A stretch of 64,000 bases of DNA from Octopus vulgaris. Lineage: Eukaryota. The translations under genes were made by a program, and so were the position numbers. Location: contig OX597818.1 in the NCBI GenBank assembly GCA_951406725.2, forward strand, positions 42,718,001 to 42,782,000. Reading direction: 5' to 3'. Below are positions 53,201 to 64,000 of this stretch, piece after piece (within the stretch, counting starts at the first letter, position 1; each line of letters starts with the position of its first letter). The notes beneath the pieces are model-generated. The model had not been told where the DNA came from. It did no database searches and was given only the letters and a program-made list of their open reading frames with translations.

Positions 53201-56200
53201 GTGGCACGTAAGAGAACCATCCGAACGTGGCCGTTGCCAGCGCCGCCCCAACTGGCCTCCGTGCCGGTGGAACGTAAAAAGCACCATCTGATCGTGGCCG
53301 TTGCCAGCCTCGCCTGGCCTCCATGCCGGTGGCATGTAAAAAGCACCATCCAATCGTGGCCGTTTGCCAGCCTCGTCTGGCACATAAAAAGCACCCACTA
53401 CACTCACGGAGTGGTTGGCGTTAGGAAGGACATCCAGCCGTAGAAACATTGCCAGATCAGACTGGGCCTGATGCAGCCTTCTGGCTTCCCAGACCTCAGT
53501 TGAACCGTCCAACCCATGCTAGCATGGAAAGCAGATGCTAAACGATGATGATGATGATGATGATCTAATGCAGGGGTCAGCAAACCGGGTAAAAATGAAA
53601 TTCTTGGGGGCAATGAGGACTTATTAGACACAAGTAAAATTATATAAAAAACATGTTCCTTGTTACGACAGAAATTTTTCTTTTGGCATGAGGAGGCAGT
53701 CAAAAAGTTGCTGCCTTTTGCAACAACCTACCTTTGCAAACAAGGATTTTCCTCTAATGAACATAAAAACAAAGCAAACCCCAAAGACTGTATCCAAATT
53801 GTTCTGGCATCAAAATGCCTCAACTTTGATGTAATTGTAACAAAAATGAAACAATATCACTTCTCCAAAACATGAAGTGAAAAAGTTTCTAGAAAAATCC
53901 TCCTGGCACCTGTGCAGGTGGCACATAAAAAGCACCCACTACACTCACGGAGTGGTTGGCGTTAGGAAGGGCATCCAGCTGTAGAAACATTGCCAGATAA
54001 GACTGGAGCCTGGTGCAGCCTTCTGGCTTCCCAGATCCCCGGTCGAACCATCCAACCCATGCTAGCATGGAGAATGGACGTTAAACGATGACGATGATGA
54101 TGATGAATGAGGATATTAATTTATTTTATTGCATTTGTTTTATACTTTTGATATTTATAACTGTATTCTCCATATAAATAGATTCAATAAACCTTTTAAA
54201 TTCAAAGAATCTATGATTTTCTTCCTTTCAAATCCATGGGGTAACGTCAGCATAGATAAATATATTTTGGGATAACTAGTTAATAACTTGCCCCAGCACC
54301 TGATCTAATCTCAGGACTATATTAAATCAACAACACCAAATAGGTGATGTCAAAACGGCTCTGCCAAAACATCTCATACCTACATCTGTACTTTCCAAGC
54401 ACTCTGTGTTTACATAAATGTCTCATGCATAAGAATCCATCTAAGGAATTTATTGAAATGTAACTTACTTTTACTATGTGACTCTTCACAGGCATTAAGT
54501 AATTCACACTAGATGGTGTGTTGTTTAAAGGTCTGAAAATATAATTGTTGGACGCTTGAGTATCAGTGTCGGAGTTGTTACCAGGATGACCAATATAATA
54601 ATAATAATCTTGTACCACAGATGCCGATATCTTACTTTCAAGGTTGGAAATTCCTTGCATGCGACCAGTTTTTCCATTGAAACTAATTGAGATTTTCTGT
54701 TAAGAGAAAAATTTGGAGGGAAAAAATCTTCAAATGTGAGTAGTTTTAAAATAACAAAGCAACAACAAAGATAATCATATTATAAAAATAACAATTATAA
54801 AATCTATCCATCCATCTTCACCTGCTATTCCTTCATTGGGTCCTAACAGCAGCCAAACTTTCGATCACTAATGGTTGTTCCCTCTGGATCCATTTTGGGG
54901 TCCTGGGAGGTGCATCTTTTGTACTCCCACCCAGCATCTCCCAGAACAAGTTGCAGGCCTTTTGGGTGAAGACTGCAATATATTTTTCAAACACACCTCT
55001 CTACCTAAGATCTGAGCACATTTTTTGTTACCCTGCACAACTGATGAAGCAGTGTGCTTACTCTTTCAAAACCTTTTCATATTGCAGCATATGGAGGTCT
55101 TATTTGTGCCAGTCATTAAGCTGGTATTAGTGCTGGAACCACAATAATTATAAAATCAACAGTTAATAAATAAATAACTACCAACCTAAAGGCTTTTGTC
55201 TCATTAAACTGGTCAGTAAAATTGTTCATATATCTTTATAAAAATATAAATTCTATAGAACATTTCAGATTTGTTCAAGAATTGGATATCTAGTTAGGTT
55301 ACTAATTATAATTAAGGAAATTTCATGAGAGGCACAAAAAGAAAATTAGAATATATTTACATCATTTTTGATCTCAAAGTCTGTACCCAGATCTACAGGA
55401 ATTACTTGTGATAACGTCCTCTGAATGGCATCATCACCTATAAAAATATAAAAGATAAAACATTTAATAATCAATTCATTTCTTGTATCTAATGTGTCTT
55501 ATTTCATTATAATTTACAAAAATAAAAGTAAAGAAAAAATATTTTCTGAAATAATTAAGTTTTTGTTGTGTTAAGCTCCAGGTTGACTGATCAAAGATAT
55601 TCAGCCATAATCAATCACTCTGAGTATTCATTTTTTTACCCCCAACAGTGTAGATACACTATCAAATTATCTAATATGCCCTTTCCATTTTTCACAGAAT
55701 GGTGTGTGATATAAGGGAGATATAGCTGTTATTTCCAGCAGGTCGAGTGCCCACATACAAACCGATCCATAGTCATTAAGAGATTAAATAAAACAGGAAA
55801 ATCCAGCACATATGAAACAGTGTAATGTGACTGCCATAGAATAAAAGTTACATTTCCAGTCACACACACACACGTGTGTGTGGAGGCGCAAAGGCCCAGT
55901 GGTTAAGGCAGCAGTCCCATGGTCGTAGGATTGTGGTTTCAATTCCCAGACCAGGGTTGTGAGTGTTTATTGAGCGAAAACACCTAAAGCTCCATGAGAC
56001 TCCAGCAGGGGTAGGTGGTGAACCCTGCTGTACTCTTTCATCACAACTTTCTCTCACTCTTTCTCCCTGTTTCTGTTGTACCTGTATTTCAAAGGGCCAG
56101 CCTTGGCACACTATGTCACACTGAATCTCCCTGAAAACTATATTAAGGGTACATGTGTCTGTGGAGTGTTCAGCCAATTGTATGTCAATTTCACGACCAG

Positions 56201-57190
56201 GCTGTTCTGTTGATCGGATCAACTGGAACCCACATCATCATAACCAACAGAGTGACACAATATATATGTGTGTGTGTGTGTGTGTATATATACATACACA
56301 CATACACATACAATGATGATATATATTAACATTTAACGTGTAACAGCTATCTCTGAAAAGTGCAAGGTTTCATAATCGGACTGTTACCTAACACTTTGTT
56401 GAATCCCTAACGTGAAACTGATTGGTAAGATCAGCCATAATGAATATATAATACTATACACTTCAATTAATATATATATATATATATGGGCACGTAACAA
56501 ACACCATCCGAGCATGGCCGTTCGCCAGCCTCATCTGGCACCTGTGTCGGTGGCACATAAAAACACCATCCGAAGACCCGGCAAGACTAGTCAGGCCATA
56601 ACCCGTGGCCCCTATCTGGGACGTAGTCAGTCCACCTGTGCATACCTTCCTTCTTGTGACACTTGTGAAGACCTGTTGAGGCAAGTGAAAATCAAAACAA
56701 ATCAAAATAGATGAACATCAATGGAATTTGTATCTTTGTGGTACCAGTGCCGGTGGCACACAAGAAAACCATCCGAACGTGACCGTAGCCAGTACCGCAT
56801 CGACTGGCCTCCGTGCTGTGGGCACGTAACAAACACCATCCGATTGTGGCCGTTCGCCAGCCTCATCTGGCACCTGTGTCGGTGGCACATAAAAACACCA
56901 TCCGAGCGTGGCCGTCTGCCAGCCTCGTCTGGCACCTGTGTCGGTGGCACATAAAAAACACCATCCGAGCGTGGCTGTTCACCAGCCTCGTCTGGCACCT
57001 GTGTCGGTGGCACATAAAATCACCCACTACACTCTCGGAGTGGTTGGCGTTAGGAAGGGCATCCAGCTGTAGAAACACTGCCAGATCTGACTGGCCTGGT
57101 GCAGCCTTCGGGCTCCCCAGACCCCAGTTGAACCGTCCAACCCATGCTAGCATGGAAAGCGGACGTTAAATGATGATGATGATGATGATA

Positions 57191-57227
<37 letters not shown>

Positions 57228-57927
57228 TATATATATAGTACTTGACTCAATAGGTCTCAAGAACAGTGGGTCACTCTATGATCCAAGGTTAGCACAGCAA
57301 CCGTCCTGCGAGCTATGAACTCACTTCATGAGTTCATGACCCGCTGTTCTTGAGGAGACCTATTGAGTCAAGTACGTTAACACCAACATCAAAATAAAAA
57401 TCAAATGGAAATTGTAGGTTAAGATACCCGTGCCAGTGACACGTAAAAGAGAGAGACAGACAGACAGAGAAATGACAGAATATGTACAGTTTCTATCTAA
57501 CAAATTCACTTTCAAAGCATTGGTCAGTCTGATGCTATGGAGAATGTGCTTGCCTATGTGCCAAAAGTGAAGAGAACCTGAGACCATGTGAGATTAGAAA
57601 CCAGTCTTCTTCACCTCATCGTCATGCTCACACCTATAGAAATCCAAAACTAAATGCTGAAATGAATTTAGTAAAGCACTCTTATAATCTTATCCAACTC
57701 CATTGAGGAATGAGGAACTGGTTCAAACACTTTCTTACCAACAATAAAAGAGATAATCATTTTCATTACAAAAAAGTAGAGTTTGTATCCAACTTACTTT
57801 TAGTCGTTTGCACAAAATAAGTTGCAAAGCCTAAAGGCCGGATCTTTACTTCGAAAACCAATATGTTCTGTGCTTTAGATAGTCTCCGTTCTGGAATTCT
57901 TTTAGTTGAAGAACTGATGGTTATAAC
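35141..57927 (-). CDS. MAN2B1: Lysosomal alpha-mannosidase (GH38), 5'-partial, 12 coding exons: 57798-57927, 55361-55437, 54469-54696, 49934-50052, 46239-46340, 43733-43820, 42197-42283, 40350-40440, 38674-38819, 37566-37712, 35420-35534, 35141-35232
   Basis: Exons join in frame (1422 nt including stop). Motifs [99 protein letters not shown]. Orthologue versus paralogue status not determined. Confidence 0.95.
35420..35534 (-). CDS. MAN2B1: MAN2B1-like exon (NLF...EELVLGAN...RLKW)
   Basis: tttcag / gtaagt. Confidence 0.95.
37566..37712 (-). CDS. MAN2B1: MAN2B1-like exon ([13 protein letters not shown]...LLRLEHVFE...VTISLK)
   Basis: ttttag / gtaaat. Confidence 0.96.
38110..38630 (+). mobile_element. 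RTE 3' UTR copy
   Basis: Five-unit array, shared tail. Confidence 0.88.
38674..38819 (-). CDS. MAN2B1: MAN2B1-like exon (KHLLYVD...HRHQA...FNTN)
   Basis: tttcag / gtaagt. Confidence 0.93.
40350..40440 (-). CDS. MAN2B1: MAN2B1-like exon ([21 protein letters not shown])
   Basis: tttatag / gtatgt. Confidence 0.97.
40763..40971. mobile_element. piggyBac-type MITE
   Basis: TTAA|CCCTTT...AAAGGG|TTAA; homologous to 3063-3283. Confidence 0.85.
42197..42283 (-). CDS. MAN2B1: MAN2B1-like exon ([23 protein letters not shown])
   Basis: ttctag / gtatgt. Confidence 0.97.
43733..43820 (-). CDS. MAN2B1: MAN2B1-like exon (NYRPTW...[17 protein letters not shown])
   Basis: ctgcag / gtaagt. Confidence 0.96.
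44559..45103 (+). mobile_element. Internally deleted mariner transposon
   Basis: [16 protein letters not shown]-terminus fused to [26 protein letters not shown]; TIR remnants CATGCCGATTT / AAATCGGCATG. Confidence 0.9.
45420..45785 (+). mobile_element. RTE 3' UTR copy
   Basis: Array, shared tail. Confidence 0.85.
46239..46340 (-). CDS. MAN2B1: MAN2B1-like exon (GKEIV...[13 protein letters not shown])
   Basis: ttacag / gtgagt. Confidence 0.96.
46630..46990 (+). repeat. ~26-bp minisatellite (GCACTGGTGCTGGTGCCACATAAAAA, about 13 units) upstream of an RTE tail
   Basis: Direct tandem units visible; followed by shared tail ending about 47155. Confidence 0.88.
47489..48482 (-). mobile_element. Young 5'-truncated RTE LINE
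   Basis: ORF 48196..48471 nearly identical to the 22.5-kb ORF end; full 3' UTR and (CAT)n. Confidence 0.94.
48615..49226 (+). mobile_element. Diverged RTE-derived 3' UTR copy
   Basis: Array motif, shared tail. Confidence 0.8.
49540..49832. mobile_element. Fold-back insertion, probable Penelope-like inverted pseudo-LTR; 82-bp arms
   Basis: Arms 49538-49619 and 49668-49749; 12-bp TSD ATTTTTAATGTT at 49528-49539 and 49833-49844; hammerhead-like fold in loop. Confidence 0.7.
49934..50052 (-). CDS. MAN2B1: MAN2B1-like exon ([11 protein letters not shown]...[11 protein letters not shown])
   Basis: ttacag / gtgagg. Confidence 0.96.
50175..50565 (+). mobile_element. CR1/L2-type LINE 3' end
   Basis: [14 protein letters not shown]...FK; (ATT)n tail; near-identical to 61708-62120. 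Confidence 0.85.
53140..53562 (+). mobile_element. RTE 3' UTR copy
   Basis: Array, shared tail. Confidence 0.88.
53571..54302 (+). mobile_element. Deleted hAT (Buster-type) transposon with nested RTE tail (53899-54105)
   Basis: CAGGGGTCAGCAAAC start, CCTG end, 8-bp TSD ATCTAAT(G/C); [15 protein letters not shown] dimerization-domain remnant. Confidence 0.82.
54469..54696 (-). CDS. MAN2B1: MAN2B1-like exon ([12 protein letters not shown]...[10 protein letters not shown]...HIVK)
   Basis: taacag / gtaagt; in ORF 54322..54660. Confidence 0.94.
55361..55437 (-). CDS. MAN2B1: MAN2B1-like exon ([10 protein letters not shown]...DFEIKND)
   Basis: tttatag / gtaaat; phases fit flanking exons. Confidence 0.85.
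55882..56256 (+). mobile_element. tRNA-derived SINE (distinct family)
   Basis: GGCCCAGTGGTTA / GTTTCAATTCC boxes, flanked by microsatellites. Confidence 0.7.
56488..57189 (+). mobile_element. Young RTE 3' UTR copy with extra array fragment at its 5' junction
   Basis: Near-identical to 23170-23888 and reverse of 47489-48130. Confidence 0.92.
57798..57927 (-). CDS. MAN2B1: MAN2B1-like exon ([14 protein letters not shown]...[13 protein letters not shown])
   Basis: tttctag / gtaagt on minus strand. Confidence 0.93.
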
Positions 57928-58019
57928 CTAGAAATATATATATTTTCTGATAAGCATATTTTAAAACAATATAAAAAGCATTAATATTAATAGTTTTAGG
58001 TTAATTCTGCTCTTACCCA

Positions 58020-60830
58020 GTTGCACTGTAACTCTTTTAGTAAATTACAGAACCAGGTCCATCAATCTCATACCTCTGTAGTTTCCTGTCTCTTCTTTGC
58101 TCTTGTAGCAGTTAAGAATGATACTTCTAAGCCAGTTGTTGGCTGTGACACTTTCCTGTACTGACTGACTATGCAAGTGGCTTATGTTGCCAGATATTTT
58201 TAGCATCTCATCTACAGTACATAATGATTCAGCTGCATCCCCTGCCTTCATATCCTTAATCATTCTATCTACCATGCTCTAGTCAACTTCAATGGCTGGT
58301 CCCTCTGTTAGGTTTACTTCGAATAGCTATCTCTCTCCATAGCATTTTGCTCATTCAACAATGTCTTACTAAAGCACTTCCTTGCCTTTTACTTTTCAGC
58401 ATTGGTAAGAGCCAATGAACCAATCAACATCATCATCATCGTCGTCGTTTAATGTCTGCTTTCCATGCTAGCATGGGTTGGACGATTTGACTGAGGACTG
58501 GCAAACCAGATGGCTGCACCAGGCTCCAATCTTGATCTGGCAGAGTTTCTACAGCTGGATGCCCTTCCTAATGCCAACCACTCCGAGAATGTAGTGGGTA
58601 CTTTTACGTGCCACCAGCACGAGGGCCAGTCTGGTAGTACTGACAACGGCCACACTCAAGATGGTGTTTTTTACGTGCCACCTGCACAGGAGTCAGTCCA
58701 GCAGAACTGGCAATGACCTCACTCGAATGCTTTGTTCACACGCCAGTAAAGCGACACTGGTAACGATCACGCTCGAATGGTGCTTTTTACATGCCCACCA
58801 GCACGGAAGCCAGACAGCTGCTGTGACAGTGATCCCACTCGGATGGAGCTGTTAGCGCTCCACTGGCATGGGTGCCAGTCATCGAATTTGGTTCAATTTC
58901 ATTTGGTTCAATATCATTCCAAATATGCTTCTCCCCAATGACATCTCAATTCTCAGATGTACACCATCTTGCAATTTGGAAACTCATCATACCTCTGATC
59001 TTCTCTTTGCAAACTTTGTGCAAACCTTTTACCTTCTGTTTCTTCCCAAGCTACATATACAAATGCGTTACCTTCTCTTCTCCTGTGGCTACTTAGTATT
59101 GCTCTCTGCAGCTCCCTTTCTTCCATTTTTTTCCAATCCTATCTCTAAGCTTTTATAGCTCTATCTACAGTGTTATTCTGCCTTCCACCTAAGTTACCTT
59201 CCATCTGACTATGACCTTGCACTCACCACAGATCTCATTTGTAGCTGACAAGAAATTGTTTCACAGAAACTGTCAGTTTTCCATTATGCTATAAGTTAGT
59301 CTCTCCACCTCCCACTCGTCATAAGTGTCAGCTAAAACTTCTCTGAATCTACAAGTGGCTGAGCACTATATCAACTTCTATGTTTTCTTTCTCCAAACTC
59401 ATTTGTCTTTGAGGCCATCTTACTTTCACTCGGAAGACACTAATCACTAATCAATGTTTCATTACCAACCCAGCTGAAACCGCCTCCGGCTCTGGGTACA
59501 AATGTCATGTTTTCATAAGGTTTGAATTAAAACCTTCCACCAAACCTTAGTCACAATTTATGTTCCTAACACTAGCTTAATGATAACTGAGTTATTTTAC
59601 TAAATTCTTTGTTATACTTAAAGTTATTGAAAGAAACACAGAGCATCTCAAAATAAATACAGTAATGAAAGGGTTAAGTGATACATTCTTTACCAAAAAA
59701 AAAAGACTTCAAAACTACAACCACTTGTCTGATTTTTTGGTGAGGATAAAGTCTATCTGGTGTGTGTGTTCATCTGATCAGTAGATGATCAGGTTAAAGC
59801 TCATGTTACGATTAGGTCATTTGTATCACAGAATTCTGGGAGTCTTGATCCCTTCTCATTCCTCATACAATACCCATATCTTTCATATACACCAGAGAAG
59901 ATATGATGTTGCCCAACATGTACATTAAAATAACTAGCTGAAATGATAAGGTTATCAATATATGTTACCAAGGCAACCTGTGGGAAGGCTTCATAAAAGT
60001 GAGACTTCATTCATCTACCAGCTTTGTTTATGAGATCTTTATATATAAAAGTGAAGTTGTGTGTCTGTCTCCTACGATTTAGATTCCTAACTTCTCCCAC
60101 ATTTTGCAGTGCAGTTTAACCAAAACCGGGTATCTTATAGTCGTGATTCATATCGAGCCCTTCTGGGTATTAGCGCACGACTACGATGAGTCTACGATTT
60201 AAAAAAAATTTACCATCATTTTTTTCCATTTTAATGCATTTTTTCGCTATTATATAAGGGAAGTAACTCTCTAAAAATGTCTACGATGAGTCAACGATTT
60301 AAAAAAAATTTACCATCATTTTTTTCCATTTTAATGCATTTTTTTGCTATTTTTTGGCTATAACTCTCTAAAAATGCTTATATAGTTATTTCCCTTACAA
60401 ACCCGAGCAACGCCGGGCGATACTGCTAGTATATACTACAATAACTCTTATTGTTATTTTGTCTATAACTAGCTTAAACTTAATCATTCTATCATATACT
60501 CCATTTACCTCAATTACTTTATCCATTTCTCTGCTAACAACATGCCAACTCCACCTATTCCATCACAAATACCCACCCTTACTCATAAGGAGTCTGGCTG
60601 AGATAGCCTTCAATCTTGTCTTTTGAATACAACACTTCTCCAAATTCTCCTGACCTACTTTTCATTGTACTGACATTAATGGTGACAGCCTTAAAGTTTT
60701 GAACCTGAAAGAAAGGAGAGGGTCTCTTGTGGTTTGTGCATAGATTTATGTTTTCTGCATCTGAAAGAGAGAAAGTTTGTAAGATTGTTTTTCTTGCATA
60801 GCCAGATATTTCCATCAGCTGATTTGCTAT
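58020..60830 (-). mobile_element. Old degraded RTE LINE interrupted by RTE tail (58425-58910), MITE and Helitron
   Basis: NCYKSK..NYRGMRL, RNEKGSRLPEFC, TINVSTMKSRSGE remnants in collinear order. Confidence 0.75.
60036..60429 (+). mobile_element. Non-autonomous Helitron
   Basis: A|TC start, subterminal hairpin CCCGAGCAACGCCGGG, CTAG|T end, no TSD. Confidence 0.88.
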
Positions 60831-61707
60831 TTTTAGATAAATATATTAAAATAGGTGCCAGTCCTTGTCAATGTTTATATTTTTTCCTGTTAATGCATCT
60901 CAGTTTAATATAACTTGGACCATGTTGTGACTATTAAATGACAGCAAAATATAATCTCCATCAGATGGAGGTCTATTAGCAACAAAACATAAACATGTAC
61001 ATCTAAGCACGTCCATAAAAGAAACAAAAGCACAAACATGCATATATGGGGAGTATGCACCTTAGCATTACCAACCATAGTGCAAATGCACGTGTGTGTG
61101 TAAGAGATAGAGAGACTGTGTGTGCGTATGTGTGTGTGTATGTATGTGTGTGTGTGTGTTGCCAGCCCAGTCAAACCATCCATCCCATGCCAGCACAGAC
61201 AACAGACGTTAAATTATGATGATAATGTATGTATGTGTGTGTGTGAGAGAGACAGACTACAATAAGCTATGACTACCACCTTTGTGACAATCTTCATTGT
61301 ACATTCATTTAAATTTTGTTGTTTCAGGTACTGAATGTAACAAGAGCAATAATTATGACATGATTTGATAGCAAATAAAACAGTCAGCCTTTGCTCTTCT
61401 GCTCTTTTCAGTAAACTGTTTAAACTTCATGCTGACAGCTAAGTTACCAATGGCATTTGTTTTTCTTTACTAGTTTAGATATGAAGATTATTTCTGTTAT
61501 TGACAAACTTGTAAATAATTTCATATTTCAACTATTGTTTATGCTTATCTACTTCATAATTAAAATAACTACAGAAAGCCAGCTTTTATAACAGGGTTTC
61601 CAAACCATCTTTTACTGTTATGTGTATAAATATCCAAACAGGATAGTGAACTGTACTGAGTATGTAAGGGGAAAAGGAAAATGGTCCCACAAGTTATTGG
61701 AAGGTAC

Positions 61708-62120
61708 CCATGGCAGACACCCATAAAATTATTAACCATCTTACTAACAATAACTCTGAGCACCTTTTCAAACTCCACCTGTCTAACACCCGTGGACATC
61801 TTTACAAAGTCAGAAAACAGCACAGCTCCCATGACTTTTGGAAACATTTTTTCACGCTAAGAGTTGCTGAAGCATGGAACAGACTGCCGGCATCAGTTGT
61901 TAATTGTCGGAGCACTGCATCCTTCAAAACTTCCATGCTTCCTGAGATTCGCCAACACTACACCTGATTTTCTCCCCTCCATACACACGCAAGCATGTAT
62001 CTGACTCATACACTGTTCACTTCCCAGACATTTGTACATTACTGCATATGCTTTATACACACTTTTGACAAGTTGTGGTGCACCTGAGCACTGTATACAA
62101 TAATTTCATTATTATTATTA
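61708..62120 (+). mobile_element. CR1/L2-type LINE 3' end
   Basis: ORF 61710..61967 TRGH..K...[14 protein letters not shown]; (ATT)n tail. Confidence 0.88.
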
Positions 62121-62698
62121 TAGAGCTAAATCCTGGATGATAAAACAAATTGGTTATCTTAGCTATCAGAACACTGGGCTTCAAATATGAGATGACACAA
62201 AGTTGAGATACATGACAAAATACTCTAAGGAAAATTTATTGAATAAAACCAACATTGATGCCATGATGATGATGATGAGAGGAAACCAATAATTGTTTCT
62301 GTGCTTCTTTTCTTTGGCATAAATAGAAGTGGTATTGATTAGCTCAGCTCAATAAAAGACATCCATTGTCAAAAGAAAAGCTGACTGTAATGATCTATTT
62401 GTACACTAGAGATCAGCCCTACCTAAAAAAAAAAGCCAAGATCGTCTGTGTAAGAATGCAGTAGAGCAGGTGACAGAGTCACCAGCACTAAGTAGTTCCT
62501 AGGGTGCTCATGGATAATGGCTACCCAGCATTCTTTGCCCAGACACCAGCTAGACAATATAACTCCATAGACGGTTCACACCTCTGACAACAACCACTTG
62601 CTTTTTAAAACTGCCGTGGTTTAATGACAGAACAGCTGCTGCAACCCATCAAGTGATCAACAGACAGGAAGTGAATACACAGCTGGTCCACTCCAGGC

Positions 62699-62950
62699 CA
62701 GTAGTTCTCAACTGGAGTCCATATGGCTCTTGGGGGTCCATATAAGATTTTGTCGTTAACATTTATGTGCAATAAATTGACAATACTTCTACAATACATA
62801 AAATGTTTCAACAATTTTTTATACAATTCACAATAATATTTAATTATAAAACTGTAACAGGATTTTTAAACATCAAATGGCTATGAAGGGCCATTTGAGT
62901 GAAACGGTAATCAAGGGAGTCTATAGGATAAAAATGATTGAGAAACACTA
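62699..62950. mobile_element. hAT/Charlie-type MITE
   Basis: TIRs CAGTAGTTCTCAA / TTGAGAAACACTA; 8-bp flanks CTCCAGGC / CTCTAGAC. Confidence 0.78.
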
Positions 62951-63177
62951 CTCTAGACCTTCCTTGAAAAGACGCCTATTTGGAAGGTGGCTCACACATA
63001 GCAACAATATGGAAATATGTTTACAGGCTTATGTAGTATACTGTGTCATTTATAATAAATATGGCAGGTCTTACATCAGTAACGTTATTCACAAACTGCA
63101 CACCTGCATTAATTCTTTTGTTATCCTATTTCTGTTGCTCTCTCTATTTATCTATCTAACTATATTTATATATGTTA

Positions 63178-63690
63178 CTAGCAGTATCGCCCGGCGTTGC
63201 TCGGGTTTGTAAGGGAAATAACTATATAAGCATTTTTAGAGAGTTACTTCCCTTATAGATGCCAATTCGGGCTTTCTTAGCCATTTCTGTTTTGGTGTCT
63301 TCAAGCCATGAAGTCGTTGTTCTAAAAGAACGCTGGTCTCCTTGACAACGCTTTACGACGTTGATTTCCTTACACTCCCTTCCCCACAGCTTCACGAGGG
63401 AGGGAAGAAGGGGGAGAAGCAAACAGGTGCAGGTGTGACCATGGACGCCAACTCCGCCGCCATCGACACACGAAAAATTATGCATTAAAATGGAATAAAA
63501 AATGATGTTAAATTATTTTTTAAATCGTAGACTCATCGTAGACGCGCGCTAATACTCAGACGGGCTCAATATGAATCACGACTATAAGATACCCGAATTT
63601 GGTTAAACTGCACCGCAAAATGTGGGAGTAGTTAGGAATCTAAATCGAAGGGGACAGACACTCATACAACTACAGTTTTATATATATAGA
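63178..63690 (-). mobile_element. Non-autonomous Helitron, same family as 60036-60429
   Basis: Same termini and hairpin in reverse orientation. Confidence 0.88.
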
Positions 63691-64000
63691 TATGCTTTAA
63701 ATTATATGATATGTAATTAATGTATAATATATATTACTGATGCAAATAAAGTAGTGGATTGGCAATTGGCAGTCATTAGACTAGCTGATAGAATGGGTTG
63801 TGGTATTTTGTTCTAGTTCTCTATGCCCATGGTTCAAATCTTGCTAAAGTTACTTTTGCCTTTCATCATTCCAAGGTCAAAAAATGATGTATCGGTCTAG
63901 TATAAGGATGATTCTTTCCCCTTCCCCTCCATCTCTTTCCCTGTCTTAGCTGGCTACCCTGCACTGCAAGAAAGGTTGAGGCTGTGGTCACTATTCACGG

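Noticed and set aside
2395-58716. Many ORFs containing [13 protein letters not shown] or [11 protein letters not shown] as a possible gene family
   Set aside because: They are antisense or out-of-frame translations of the RTE 3' tail; starts, stops and frames are not conserved.
57928-64000. Further upstream MAN2B1 exon (expected YNP-containing exon)
   Set aside because: No matching spliceable frame found by eye; it probably lies beyond the window.

Overview
AT-rich, intron-rich animal genomic DNA. The SINE/RTE repeat landscape strongly suggests an octopus, but this is inferred and not checked against a database. Two lysosomal genes lie tail-to-tail, both reconstructed by hand with consistent GT-AG phases. 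HGSNAT (+ strand) has 15 coding exons at 1905-32356, about 530 aa, with the 5' exons outside the window. A lysosomal alpha-mannosidase (MAN2B1-like, GH38; - strand) has 12 coding exons at 35141-57927, about 473 aa of the C-terminal half, with the catalytic exons beyond the window. Almost all ORFs in the supplied track are spurious repeat ORFs. Introns are filled with RTE LINE copies and about 30 RTE 3'-tail fragments with (GAT)n tails and a variable ~60-bp 3'-UTR array. Also present are several tRNA-derived SINE families, CR1-type ends, piggyBac/hAT/mariner derivatives and two non-autonomous Helitrons. Most notable: TSD-flanked fold-back insertions (137-bp and 82-bp arms) carrying degenerate minimal hammerhead-ribozyme folds of the Penelope-like type, SINE concatemers inside single TSDs, inverted young RTE copies bracketing exons, and possibly overlapping 3' UTRs. 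No prokaryote-type system or CRISPR array is present.
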